In this document: piece by piece, positions 9,506-19,286 of the stretch | Layout of the letters: every line of letters begins with the position of its first letter | How positions within the stretch are numbered: position 1 is the first letter of the stretch | Assembly (NCBI GenBank): GCA_947623225.1 | Contig: CANQGO010000002.1 | Location: 16,714-80,713 of the forward strand | From: an uncultured Clostridia bacterium | Lineage (GTDB): Bacteria > Bacillota > Clostridia > Christensenellales > CAG-314 | Length of the DNA stretch: 64,000 bases | Direction: 5' to 3' | Notes under the pieces: model-generated | Seen by the model: the letters and a program-made list of their open reading frames with translations, nothing else | Database searches by the model: none | Told to the model about the DNA's origin: nothing | Translations under genes and position numbers: made by a program

Positions 9506-10507
9506 TCACCCCAGGCCTATACATTCGGTACAAATATTGACCGCTTTGATGAAAACGTCTCTCGCTCCGCCATTGAAAATGCCCACCATGAGATACACAA
9601 CCGATATGGTACATACAACAGCGGCTATCGCCATATGTATGGGCTTCCGCGCCGACAATGGTATGTCGCGACTATAGCGCGAAAACAAGATCGTCGCAGT
9701 CACCGTCACGACCAGCAATATCAATGCCACCGAAAGAGTGACCGCATACGAATATTCTCCGCCTTTCGACATATAGTGGGACAACGCCGTCGCTATTGCG
9801 GGCAACGCAGCAAATACACCTACGGCTACGACCGATATCGATGCGGTAACGACCACCGCCGCCTTGCCGTGAGCGGTTGTATTCGTTTGAGGTGTGTGCC
9901 TGCCGCCCTTCAAAGCATTACGGGCGATATCCACTTCTTTGCGTAGCGAAACGTTGTCGTATATCAACGCAAAGCATATTCCTACGAGACAAGCAACTCC
10001 CCACCAGATGATATTGCGCACCAAGGCGAGGATGTCATTACCGATAGCGTCGGTATGATAATGGGCAGGATCGAATATGTACACCGCCATATATACACCG
10101 CTTGCCGTCAACAAAGCAAATACCGCACCCCATATAGTTCTTCTTGTCAGGGACATACGTTGCAGTGTATTGCGAGTATCGGCGAAGTCCTCTCCTTCTC
10201 GCGGTATAAGTACCTTGAGCACGGAGAAGGAAGCGGCATAATTTGTGCGAACACGAAGTTTTTCTTCGCTCGGATATATAACGCTGAGCACATATCCGAT
10301 TATCGCCGCCGCCACCCAGACAGAAAGCAGTATCAATGGCAAAATCAAATGCGACCGGACCGTATCCACGGTGTATGGAGAAGTCGAGTCTGCCTTGCCG
10401 CCGTAATAAATGTCGGCGGCCTCTATAATAAATGCGACACCGACCACCACGGTCAAAACAGACAGACACAGTCCGTATATAAGGCGTATCTTTTTCGCTT
10501 TGCTCAC
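9506..10507 (-). CDS. Polytopic membrane protein with C-terminal CxxC tail (…NICTECIGLG)
   Basis: This 333-aa protein has about 8 hydrophobic segments and ends 3 nt before the Fer4/TlpA start codon. Its only conserved-looking feature is the terminal CTECIGLG. GGAGAAG lies upstream of ATG 10507. Confidence 0.65.
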   Translation of the reverse strand: MSKAKKIRLIYGLCLSVLTVVVGVAFIIEAADIYYGGKADSTSPYTVDTVRSHLILPLILLSVWVAAAIIGYVLSVIYPSEEKLRVRTNYAASFSVLKVLIPREGEDFADTRNTLQRMSLTRRTIWGAVFALLTASGVYMAVYIFDPAHYHTDAIGNDILALVRNIIWWGVACLVGICFALIYDNVSLRKEVDIARNALKGGRHTPQTNTTAHGKAAVVVTASISVVAVGVFAALPAIATALSHYMSKGGEYSYAVTLSVALILLVVTVTATILFSRYSRDIPLSARKPIHMAIAAVVCTISVVYLMVGIFNGGARDVFIKAVNICTECIGLG

Positions 10508-10564
10508 AATACTTCTCCTTCTACAGTCAGATCATCTGGTACAGAAAAACTTTTGCTTTATATC

Positions 10565-11383
10565 TTAAAGATCATTCACGTATTCAAATACGATATAAAA
10601 TGTTTTGTTGATAGCGGTACTATCCACAAGAGACACTTCAAACCAACTCAGACTGCCTACCTGTTCAAGGTTGGCATCATCATGCGTAAATTCCAAGCTG
10701 AAATTTTTGTCCGTATCAGTCATATTGTCGTTTGTGTATTTGGCATCGGTGGGACGAGTAAGACCTATGGCTTTATTGCCGCTGAGCAATGTAATGCTCG
10801 CATCCACTTCTCCGATGGAGTATACCTTATATATAGCGGGATACTCCTGATCGCCCTGGAACTGAAAATAAATCTTGCTGTCGGCGGAAGTAAATTTGAT
10901 CTGATACACGCCTTGCTTGGTTTTGTATGGGTCAAAAGTACTCAGCTCTATTTTGTTCGAGGCAGCATTGTACGTTCCGATACCACTGCCACCATCAAAA
11001 TCGTCTTGTTTCATTTTGAGAGAAACAGTGATGCTGTGTCCCTTGCTGAGCGTAACCTCGTCATACTCGAGGTAACTCGGACACCCCAACAAGTGTATGA
11101 CCAACTCGTTGATATTTGCATCATTGAAATCTTTTTCCGCGTCAAATGTGGCAGTACCGGTACTATCCACCGACTTACCATTAAAACATGTCGTACCGTC
11201 AGCCAGACAAGGTTGCACCTGAACACCTGTAAACGGCTTGCCGTCGGGGCCGATCACTTTGACTGTGAAATCTGCCACAGATCCATTCTTCGGCGTATCG
11301 GGTTTGCATGCGATCAGCAACAAACACGTTACCGCCAATACCGTTGCCAACAAGATAGTTGCAATTTTTCTGTTCGTCCTCAT
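10565..11383 (-). CDS. Lipoprotein of unknown function
   Basis: MRTNRKIATILLATVLAVTCLLLIACKPDTP is a signal peptide plus LIAC lipobox. It is followed by an Ig/carboxypeptidase-regulatory-like stretch (FTVKVIGPDGKPFTGVQVQPC). It is the first gene of the 11383->7826 minus-strand cluster. Confidence 0.7.
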   Translation of the reverse strand: MRTNRKIATILLATVLAVTCLLLIACKPDTPKNGSVADFTVKVIGPDGKPFTGVQVQPCLADGTTCFNGKSVDSTGTATFDAEKDFNDANINELVIHLLGCPSYLEYDEVTLSKGHSITVSLKMKQDDFDGGSGIGTYNAASNKIELSTFDPYKTKQGVYQIKFTSADSKIYFQFQGDQEYPAIYKVYSIGEVDASITLLSGNKAIGLTRPTDAKYTNDNMTDTDKNFSLEFTHDDANLEQVGSLSWFEVSLVDSTAINKTFYIVFEYVNDL

Positions 11384-11605
11384 TGCGTTTCTCCATTTTT
11401 AGATGTTCGAAATCTTAAATAAAAATTACTTAAAATTTTTTATTATTTTACTATATTTAGAATATGTTGTCAAACCATATGCGTTCGTTTTGCAAATGTC
11501 ATTCTATGTTTCTAACACAAACGACTCGGATGTCTTGCCGAGCCGTCTCTCAATAGATATATTCCTCGCTTGTATGGCGAACAGCATATCAACTTCATAT
11601 ATTCA

Positions 11606-12085
11606 TCAATAATTATCTATAAACTGTTGAAACTCCGTCACTCCCAGCTTGCCCTCTGCAATTTCGGCGAGTTTACCGCTGAACTTGTCTATCATATTGC
11701 AAGAAAGTAAGATCATATATCTGCACACTTCCGCGCTCACCATGCTCTGCATAAACGGGACGACCATCTTAAACGCCACAAAGCCATCCGAATTGTCCAT
11801 TTCAAAACTGCCGTTCAGCATGGACCAATTGGCGCGAACTATTGCCAGTCCCATCGTATCGCGCATGTTTTCCGGAACAGCAAAGGGCATGGGCGACTTA
11901 AGATACATCAATTCTCTGTCCACTTCTATGCGAATGGCCAGACGCATATTGGCGTCTTTGCCCGACGCAGAAGTAAACACCATAAAAAAATCTTCGTGTT
12001 CTTCTTTGTTGTACTTCCAATTGAGACTGTCCAGCGCCTGACAGAGTGTTTTGTACAAGACTTTTGCTTCGTCAAACTTAGCCAT
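11606..12085 (-). CDS. YbjN-domain protein (chaperone-like fold, function unknown)
   Basis: At 159 aa, its pattern (FFMVFTSASGKDANMRLAIRIEVDRELMYLKSPMPF … DGFVAFKMVVPF) is what I associate with YbjN family proteins. A hairpin terminator (ACGGCTCGG/CCGAGTCGT) lies downstream at about 11521-11548. Confidence 0.55.
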   Translation of the reverse strand: MAKFDEAKVLYKTLCQALDSLNWKYNKEEHEDFFMVFTSASGKDANMRLAIRIEVDRELMYLKSPMPFAVPENMRDTMGLAIVRANWSMLNGSFEMDNSDGFVAFKMVVPFMQSMVSAEVCRYMILLSCNMIDKFSGKLAEIAEGKLGVTEFQQFIDNY

Positions 12086-12239
12086 TGCCGCCTCCGATAT
12101 CTTATTTTATTGGAATTATATCATTTTCTTACGCAAAAATCAACAGCATATTCATTCGTCGCATACAATGCGACGGCGAACAATTAAAAATATACGCGGC
12201 TACAAATAAATTGATACCAAATGGGCAATACTCTGCTAT

Positions 12240-12386
12240 ATGAAATGCATCGGTTGCAACAACGAAATAGACTTAAACGATTACTGCGTATGCACCAAAT
12301 GCAGACAAAAAGTCTGCCCTGCTTGTGCGCAAAAAAATGCTTTTGTATGTGCCGACTGCGGCGGCGACATAGCATACCTGTCCTGA
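12240..12386 (+). CDS. 48-aa cysteine-rich (9 Cys) zinc-ribbon-like mini-protein, not in the ORF track
   Basis: I translated MKCIGCNNEIDLNDYCVCTKCRQKVCPACAQKNAFVCADCGGDIAYLS by hand. The cysteine pattern is CxxC-x9-CxCxxC-x4-CxxC-x7-CxxC. This frame is far more protein-like than the overlapping 70-aa track ORF 12221..12433. I see no clear SD sequence. Confidence 0.45.
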   Translation: MKCIGCNNEIDLNDYCVCTKCRQKVCPACAQKNAFVCADCGGDIAYLS

Positions 12387-12452
12387 GCGGTAAAACACCG
12401 CACATGATGTACGGTGTCCCAAAAGAGAAATAAAACACTGGTCCTTGGTGTT

Positions 12453-13772
12453 CTAAAGCATGTCGGCGAGTTTGTCTATGTCACCCGCTCCAAGTATGAG
12501 CAAAATGTCATCCGGACCGCAATTGCCGAATACCCACTTGCGAGCAGTTGCAAAGTCCGGCAGAAAGCAGGCATTGATACCCTTTTCGGAGGCATGCTGT
12601 GCCAGAAGATAAGAATTCACTCCACCTATTGGCTTTTCCCTTGCCGAGTATATGGGCAAGTACCCTACAGCATCGGCACCGCGAAAGCACTCTGCAAACT
12701 CTTCCCAGAATGCTTGGGTGCGCGTATAGGTGTGAGGCTGAAATACGCACAGCACACGTCCTTTTGTCATACTGTTCGCCGTACTGACCGAGCAACCGAT
12801 CTCCGTGGGATGATGAGCATAATCCAATACCGTCAGACCCAAATTCGTTTTTTTTAATTCCGTCCAGCGTCTGTCCACCCCGCAAAAGTCTTGCAGGCTA
12901 CGCGCCACGGCGTTGGAAGGAATACCCAAAGCCTGCGCCGCGGACAGCACAGCCAAAGCATTGGACACATTGTGCTCGCCCGGAATGCCGAGATCTACAT
13001 GCACCGTCCCGTCATACGTCTCCGCGTCAAAGTTGAACGTGCCGCAAGTGTTTCGAAGAGACAATATTTTATTACCTCTGTCGTACAGCAACCTGTTTCT
13101 GTGCGGAAACAGCCCCCTCAATTCACTCGGAAGCACTACACAGCCGCCTTTGCCCACACTTGAAAAGAATCGTCCGAATGCACGCCTTGTATCATCGATA
13201 TCCTTATAGCAATCAGGGTGATCGTATTCTACATTCACACAAACACACAACGTCGGTTTCAAATAAAAAAAACTGCGATTGAATTCGCAGGCTTCCGCCA
13301 CCACCGTTTTCGATCCGAAGAAATAATTGTTTGCCCTATATACACCGCCTATGAAAGCCGCATGGTCTATTCCGACGTCGGTAAGCAATTTGTGCAGCAT
13401 CGCAGTGACGGTCGTCTTTCCGTGCGTACCGCATACGGCAATACGCGTCTCGAAACTATTGAACACTGCGCCGAGCAACTCTTCGCGCAAAACGACCGGC
13501 ACCCCTCTCTCAGTGGCGCGGACCACTTCTTCATTGTTCAACGACACCGCGCTTGTTCTCACCACAAGTTCGGCGTCACCAATATTTTCCCCGTTATGAC
13601 CTATGCACACCTTGATGCCCAGCCGCTCAAGCGCATCCGTTCTGTCCGACTTGACGCGATCGCTTCCGCTTACAGTGTATCCCATTCGATACAAATGCTG
13701 CATAAGACCGCTCATGCCGATACCGCCACAACCTATAAAATGCACCCGACGAGGGACTTCTTCTATCTTCAT
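12453..13772 (-). CDS. murC: UDP-N-acetylmuramate--L-alanine ligase
   Basis: VHFIGCGGIGMSGLMQHLYRMGYTVSGSD and GTHGKTT, with a full-length Mur ligase architecture (439 aa). Confidence 0.92.
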   Translation of the reverse strand: MKIEEVPRRVHFIGCGGIGMSGLMQHLYRMGYTVSGSDRVKSDRTDALERLGIKVCIGHNGENIGDAELVVRTSAVSLNNEEVVRATERGVPVVLREELLGAVFNSFETRIAVCGTHGKTTVTAMLHKLLTDVGIDHAAFIGGVYRANNYFFGSKTVVAEACEFNRSFFYLKPTLCVCVNVEYDHPDCYKDIDDTRRAFGRFFSSVGKGGCVVLPSELRGLFPHRNRLLYDRGNKILSLRNTCGTFNFDAETYDGTVHVDLGIPGEHNVSNALAVLSAAQALGIPSNAVARSLQDFCGVDRRWTELKKTNLGLTVLDYAHHPTEIGCSVSTANSMTKGRVLCVFQPHTYTRTQAFWEEFAECFRGADAVGYLPIYSAREKPIGGVNSYLLAQHASEKGINACFLPDFATARKWVFGNCGPDDILLILGAGDIDKLADML

Positions 13773-13894
13773 ATTGTACTATATGTCGATATTGAGGCAA
13801 ATTGTGATTATTTTTCCGGACGCTATTTCGTAAACATCTGTCCGCTTCCCTTTCCCGTAAAATACGGATGGAACTTATTGTGAATATATCCATA

Positions 13895-13930
13895 TAAACA
13901 AAAGACAGAGACGCGCTTCGTCTCTGTCTT
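13895..13930 (-). terminator. Intrinsic terminator of rpmE
   Basis: A perfect 12-bp stem AAGACAGAGACG / CGTCTCTGTCTT with a 5-nt loop. On the minus strand it is followed by TTTTGTTT. Confidence 0.8.
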
Positions 13931-13938
13931 GTTCATCT

Positions 13939-14145
13939 TTATTGCAGACCGTATTTTTTCTTAAACTTGTCCACTCTTCCGCCGGCATCTACCAACTTCT
14001 GCTTTCCAGTGAAATACGGATGGCACTTATTACAAATTTCTACCTTTATTATATCCGTATCCTTAGTTGTTCCGGTTTGAAAAGTGGCTCCGCAAGCACA
14101 TACAACAGTCGCTTGATGATAATTCGGATGTATACCTTGTTTCAT
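13939..14145 (-). CDS. rpmE: 50S ribosomal protein L31 (Zn-binding type)
   Basis: [27 protein letters not shown]…[14 protein letters not shown] start it at ATG 14145, not the track's 14160. Confidence 0.93.
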   Translation of the reverse strand: MKQGIHPNYHQATVVCACGATFQTGTTKDTDIIKVEICNKCHPYFTGKQKLVDAGGRVDKFKKKYGLQ

Positions 14146-14227
14146 GATAGCACCTCTCAAAAAATTTAGCGTATCTATTGTACTATGTTAGTGAATTTAA
14201 GTCAAGTATTTTACAACAAACAAAGTG

Positions 14228-14255
14228 TTGCAAAAATTTTCAAATTCGATATAAT
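14228..14255 (+). promoter_or_regulatory. Sigma-A type promoter of the two-gene ABC operon
   Basis: TTGCAA (14228-14233), a 16-nt spacer, TATAAT (14250-14255), about 30 nt upstream of ATG 14287. Confidence 0.5.
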
Positions 14256-14286
14256 TAGTAATATACACAAACGCAGAGAGGCAACT

Positions 14287-15195
14287 ATGTCGGAAATCGT
14301 TATATCTGTTGAAAACCTTACAAAAAAATACAATGGGGTCAAAGTTGTAGACGGGGTAAGTTTCTCGATAGAACAAGGAACAATTGTTGGTCTTGTCGGC
14401 AAAAACGGCGCGGGAAAGACCACGCTGATACGTCTATTGACCGACCTGGTCAAGCCGGATTCCGGCACGGTGCGTATTTTTCCGGGACAAAGTATCTCAA
14501 GCACAGACGTCGCGGCAATAGTAGAGCGACCGTCCGTATACAACGACATGACGGCGATGGAAAACTTGCGAATTCAGTCCACACTACTGGGTATCCGAGC
14601 GGAAAATCAATATCTTGCTCAGACGCTGTGCGTAGTGGGGTTGGATCCCAATCTTACAAAAAAAGCGAAGAACTTCTCTTTGGGTATGCGGCAACGCCTT
14701 GCCATAGCAATGACGTTGGTGGGCAGACCGAGACTGTTGCTGTTAGACGAACCTACAAACGGGCTCGATCCCGATGGTATACGTCAAGTACGGGAGATAC
14801 TTGTCAAACTAAACCAAGAAATGGGAGTAACCATCATCGTCTCCAGTCATATTCTATCCGAACTGAGCAAATTCGCGACGGAATTTCTTCTAATGGACAA
14901 AGGCAAAATATTGCGTCAGATATCTGCCGAAGAACTGAACAACAGCGTGCAAAAGAGATACCGTATCACTGTAGACAAAACAGGCGTGGCGAAGGAAACT
15001 CTCGAGCAATTCGGCCCGACCGAGATAATCGGCGCAGAACAAGTCATACTCACTGCGGATGTAAGCGCAACGCAAATTCTGCAAACGTTGGCGGTAGCAG
15101 ACGTCAATGTGCGTGCTTTGGTTCTCGCCGATGATTCTTTGGAAGAATTCTATCTGCAATCAGTACGCGATAGCGATAATGGAGGTGGACAATGA
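14287..15195 (+). CDS. ABC transporter ATP-binding protein (ABC-2 exporter type)
   Basis: The start is corrected to ATG 14287 ([15 protein letters not shown]), with AGAGAGG upstream. Walker A is GKNGAGKTT, the signature is FSLGMRQRL, and Walker B is [12 protein letters not shown]. Confidence 0.9.
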   Translation: MSEIVISVENLTKKYNGVKVVDGVSFSIEQGTIVGLVGKNGAGKTTLIRLLTDLVKPDSGTVRIFPGQSISSTDVAAIVERPSVYNDMTAMENLRIQSTLLGIRAENQYLAQTLCVVGLDPNLTKKAKNFSLGMRQRLAIAMTLVGRPRLLLLDEPTNGLDPDGIRQVREILVKLNQEMGVTIIVSSHILSELSKFATEFLLMDKGKILRQISAEELNNSVQKRYRITVDKTGVAKETLEQFGPTEIIGAEQVILTADVSATQILQTLAVADVNVRALVLADDSLEEFYLQSVRDSDNGGGQ

Positions 15196-16007
15196 CGGAA
15201 ATTTTGAAAATCGAATTCTACAGATTGAAAAAGAGCAAAATGTTTTGGGCATTGTTTGGCGTGACCGCTTGTTTGCCCATTCTGACCATCATTCTGTTGT
15301 TGTTTATGGCATCATTGCTTCGTATTGCAACAGATTCTAACGGTTTGGAGTTATTCGGCACGCTCAATGTCACCGCCATGCTACTCTCATCTTACGGAAG
15401 TCTGACGGCTACCTCATCGCTGTTGGCAGTGATATGCTCGAGCATATTCCTGAGCAGAGAGTTTGCGTACGGCACATTTCGCAATATCTTGCTTGCCCGC
15501 CGCACTCGAGCGGAACTATATGCGTCGTTTCTACTTATCTCTTTGGTGATAGGCATAAGTTTCATGAGTGCATCTATGCTCACCACACTCGTACTAAGCG
15601 GACCGATATTCGGATTTGCAAGTATGAATGCCGCCAAAATAACCGTCACTATCATAACCGCATTTGCAATGGGTATTGTTTCCGTCATATTTGTGCAGAC
15701 GCTTATGTGCATGTTCTTATTCTGCACACGCAAATTGTCCGCCACGCTCGCTTGTTCCATAGTTATCTGCTATGTGGTTCCCTCTCTATTGTCCGGGATC
15801 GTGAGTTTTTGGCAGACGATGCTGATAATAACCGGTAGCAATGTCTCAGCCGATCTGAGTTGGGTGCCGCTTTACAATGCTTCTATGCTGGACCTTTCCG
15901 AAACGGACGGTGCTCTTATAGGGAAAATTTTGCTATACCTCATACCTCTGTCCACTCTATTCGGTTGGTCCGGTTGGTGGGCTTTCCGTAAGGCAAATCT
16001 CAAATGA
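15192..16007 (+). CDS. ABC-2 type transporter permease
   Basis: It overlaps the ATPase gene by 4 nt (ATGA). It is a 271-aa protein with 6 hydrophobic segments. Confidence 0.8.
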   Translation: MTEILKIEFYRLKKSKMFWALFGVTACLPILTIILLLFMASLLRIATDSNGLELFGTLNVTAMLLSSYGSLTATSSLLAVICSSIFLSREFAYGTFRNILLARRTRAELYASFLLISLVIGISFMSASMLTTLVLSGPIFGFASMNAAKITVTIITAFAMGIVSVIFVQTLMCMFLFCTRKLSATLACSIVICYVVPSLLSGIVSFWQTMLIITGSNVSADLSWVPLYNASMLDLSETDGALIGKILLYLIPLSTLFGWSGWWAFRKANLK

Positions 16008-16085
16008 TTATCATATACAAAGATACCCCGATCCTCTCATGGGTCGGGGTATTCATATATTCGTATGGCTCGCTATATTCGCGCT

Positions 16086-19000
16086 TTATTCCGTACGAAG
16101 TGCAACTACCGGATCTTTCTTTGCCGCAGAGCGCGAAGGGATTAATCCCGAGATCATAGTAAGCAGCACGCTTATGGCGACAAGTATCGCCGCGGCACCC
16201 AGTGGCAATACCGCCTTCAGCTCCGCCATGCCGGTCAGAGCACGCAAGATGATATTGACCGGTATGCACAGCAAGTAGGTTGCCAATACGCCTATCAGTC
16301 CCGCAGCAAACCCTATTATGATGGTTTCAGCGTTGAACATGCCGGACACATCTCTCTTGGAGGCACCTATAGCACGCAATATGCCTATCTCTTTGGTGCG
16401 TTCTTGTACGGAGATGAGCGTGATGACGCCTATCATTATGGAAGAGACTATCAGCGATATCGCAACAAAAGCGATGAGTACATACGTCACTGCGTCCATT
16501 ATTTGCGTGACGGCGTTCATCACCAATGCCACAAGGTCAGTGTAGGTGATTTTGCTGTCATCGTCCTCCATCATATCATTGTAGCGATCTATTTCTTGTG
16601 TGATTATATCTTTATTGTCGAAACTGCTCGCGTATATATTGACCGCTATAGGTTGTTCAAGATCTACACAACCGAAACTTTCCAGATTGTCCTTATAAGA
16701 TGCTTCACTGAAATCCACCAGATTGTCATAGTATTCGGCGAACTGCCCCTCTTCGGCAAGGCGGAAGTGTTCATCGTATATTTGTTGGCATTCCTCGTCC
16801 GTCTTGCCCGCCAGACTACTCGCAAGTTGTGCTTTGTAAATATTTTTCGCTTGCTCTTCTATTGTAGGATATATCATTTCCAACAGCTGTTCCGTTTGGA
16901 ATGCATTGATCAACGCCCTCGCTCTTTCTTCGGACATCTGCATCTGCTCGGCAAGGATGGGAACAAGAGTATTCACCAATCTCTCCCTGTCTACCGGATC
17001 ACCAAAACTGCCGGCTATTATACCCTGAGTCATTGTCTCTATAGCTTGAGGATTATCCAAACAAAGGATGTCAAGGTAAACGCTCTGTTTGCTTTTGCCA
17101 ACGGAACCTTGCGCAGGCAAACCTGCAAAGTATTCCAAAAAATAAGTTTTCTTTTCTGCGTTGGACAAAGTACCCGTTCCCGAGCCGAAAGGCAAACCCG
17201 TCATCACGTCCGTGTTGGGATTTTCCTTTTGTTGGATCACTATATCCGATTGTTCGGATTTGGCAACGACATAATCTTTCAACCCGACCGTATATCCTAT
17301 AGTGCCGGACAGCATGTGGACTGTAGCGTCCGGATTGGGACGGACAATTCCCGTGATGCGCAACTTGAGCACGTCATCGGGATTGTCGCTATTATATATC
17401 AACCTGATCGCGCTATCTCTGTCCTGCTCTCTCTCCACGTCACGAAGGTCACGCCAAGTCCCATCCGCGCTTTTGTCAAAGAACGCGTGGTTCAGTATCA
17501 CCTTCGCTTCGGTACCGCATATCTGAGAATAGTCCCAATCGGTGTAGTTGCCTCTATCCACGAGCTGCTTGCCTTCGCGAATAGCATCCGCTACGTCATC
17601 GATATAGTCTTGTCCTATCAATCCCAGTGCATACAGAGCGATATCGCTTATCTCGTTGTCGGAAGTCATGACCAGCACTACTTCGTCGTATTCGTTGGGC
17701 CACTCGCCGTATACCACGTCGTACTGCTCCTTGACGACGTCATTTATCGCCGAGCCGTCGGTCCCGGAAAGAATTTCTTGCCATATATTCATATTGAACG
17801 ATCCAAGTCCGGCATAGTACTGACCCGTAGAAGCCTCTACATTTTCCAGATATATTTGCAGCAATTCTCGCATAAGATTGCCTACGTTACATTCCATAAT
17901 GTCGCCGTCTACATTCTCGGTATACACGCTCAGATTCAAATTATAGTTATAAGACAATCCCGCGACCGCTTCGTGCAATTTGCTGTTCTCGTCGGCTACT
18001 TCATCTTCCAAAAACTTTTTGAATGCTTTCAGATCATTGGTCTTTTGCGCCGAACCGGATACCATATTGACCAGATCGTATATCATCGAACGCTTATACA
18101 CCTTGTCATTGCCATGCTCGGTTCTGTTTTCGTCCGTGTTCATCATGTTGGCGACAATTGCCGTCAGATCCATAGTAGAGGACTCTATCGTCAGAGGATA
18201 GCTGGACAATGTCTGCTGCTCCACATAGTCGATATAGTGCGTCATTCCTTGACTCACAGACAGTATCAGGGCGATCCCTATTATGCCTATACTGCCCGCG
18301 AACGAAGTAAGGATAGTGCGTCCTTTCTTTGTAAACAAATTGTTCAACGACAACTTGAAGGCCGTCCAAAAAGACATGGAAGAACGTTTTTTCGTCTTTT
18401 TTGCCTTTCCCTTTTTTGCTTTCTCGGCAGCCGTTTCTTCTTCCGCCCGAGTACGAGCATCCTTCTCCGCCTGCTTGGCTTCGTTGTACTCTTGCTCGGC
18501 AAGCGGTTTGCTGTCGCCGACTATCACCCCGTCCAATATGCGTATGATACGCGTCGAGTACTGTTCTGCAAGGTCGGGGTTGTGCGTCACCATGATGACC
18601 AGGCGATCCTTGGCCATTTCCTTCAACAATTCCATGATCTGGATACCGGTCTCGGTATCCAATGCACCGGTAGGCTCATCTGCCAGAATGATATTGGGAT
18701 CGTTGACAAGGGCGCGCGCAATTGCCACGCGTTGCATCTGGCCGCCGCTGAGTTGGTTGGGGCGTTTGTTCATGTGATCTCCCAATCCCACCTTTTTCAG
18801 GGCTTCTTCTGCGCGAGGTCTGCGTTCACCCTTCGGCACGCCCGCCAATGTCAGAGCCAATTCGACATTTTTGAGCACTGTCTGGTGTGGGATCAGATTG
18901 TATGTCTGAAAAACAAAACCTATCGTATGATTACGATAAGTGTCCCAGTCGCGATCTTTATAATCCTTTGTGGATACGCCGTCTATTATCAAATCTCCGG

Positions 19001-19175
19001 TGGTATACTTATCCAAACCGCCTATGATATTCAGCAACGTAGTCTTTCCGCATCCGCTCGGTCCCAAAATCGACACAAATTCTGCAGTACGAAATTGTAG
19101 GTCCACCCCTTTCAACGCATGGACCGAGGTGTTTGCCACAGGATAATCTTTTACTATTTGTTTTAATTCCAACAT
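16086..19175 (-). CDS. Fused ABC ATPase / FtsX-type permease (MacB-like) with a very large extracytoplasmic domain
   Basis: The N-terminus has GPSGCGKTT, LSGGQMQRVAIARAL and ILADEPTGALD. A Lys/Glu-rich linker follows, then TM1, about 600 aa of soluble sequence, and a C-terminal FtsX-like 3-TM bundle (…ISGLIPSRSAAKKDPVVALRTE). Confidence 0.85.
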   Translation of the reverse strand: MLELKQIVKDYPVANTSVHALKGVDLQFRTAEFVSILGPSGCGKTTLLNIIGGLDKYTTGDLIIDGVSTKDYKDRDWDTYRNHTIGFVFQTYNLIPHQTVLKNVELALTLAGVPKGERRPRAEEALKKVGLGDHMNKRPNQLSGGQMQRVAIARALVNDPNIILADEPTGALDTETGIQIMELLKEMAKDRLVIMVTHNPDLAEQYSTRIIRILDGVIVGDSKPLAEQEYNEAKQAEKDARTRAEEETAAEKAKKGKAKKTKKRSSMSFWTAFKLSLNNLFTKKGRTILTSFAGSIGIIGIALILSVSQGMTHYIDYVEQQTLSSYPLTIESSTMDLTAIVANMMNTDENRTEHGNDKVYKRSMIYDLVNMVSGSAQKTNDLKAFKKFLEDEVADENSKLHEAVAGLSYNYNLNLSVYTENVDGDIMECNVGNLMRELLQIYLENVEASTGQYYAGLGSFNMNIWQEILSGTDGSAINDVVKEQYDVVYGEWPNEYDEVVLVMTSDNEISDIALYALGLIGQDYIDDVADAIREGKQLVDRGNYTDWDYSQICGTEAKVILNHAFFDKSADGTWRDLRDVEREQDRDSAIRLIYNSDNPDDVLKLRITGIVRPNPDATVHMLSGTIGYTVGLKDYVVAKSEQSDIVIQQKENPNTDVMTGLPFGSGTGTLSNAEKKTYFLEYFAGLPAQGSVGKSKQSVYLDILCLDNPQAIETMTQGIIAGSFGDPVDRERLVNTLVPILAEQMQMSEERARALINAFQTEQLLEMIYPTIEEQAKNIYKAQLASSLAGKTDEECQQIYDEHFRLAEEGQFAEYYDNLVDFSEASYKDNLESFGCVDLEQPIAVNIYASSFDNKDIITQEIDRYNDMMEDDDSKITYTDLVALVMNAVTQIMDAVTYVLIAFVAISLIVSSIMIGVITLISVQERTKEIGILRAIGASKRDVSGMFNAETIIIGFAAGLIGVLATYLLCIPVNIILRALTGMAELKAVLPLGAAAILVAISVLLTMISGLIPSRSAAKKDPVVALRTE

Positions 19176-19286
19176 GTTTTATCCCTCACTTGCCCTGAAT
19201 ATACGGTTCAATTCTGAACCTTTGCTAAAATATATCACGTTGTTACATATATGTCAAACGTTAATGATAAAAATTTCGCACAATTT

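Noticed and set aside
12221-12433. A 70-aa track ORF in the ybjN-murC gap.
   Set aside because: It is an Arg/Met/Cys-rich nonsense-like sequence. The overlapping 48-codon frame with regularly spaced CxxC pairs is a much better coding candidate.
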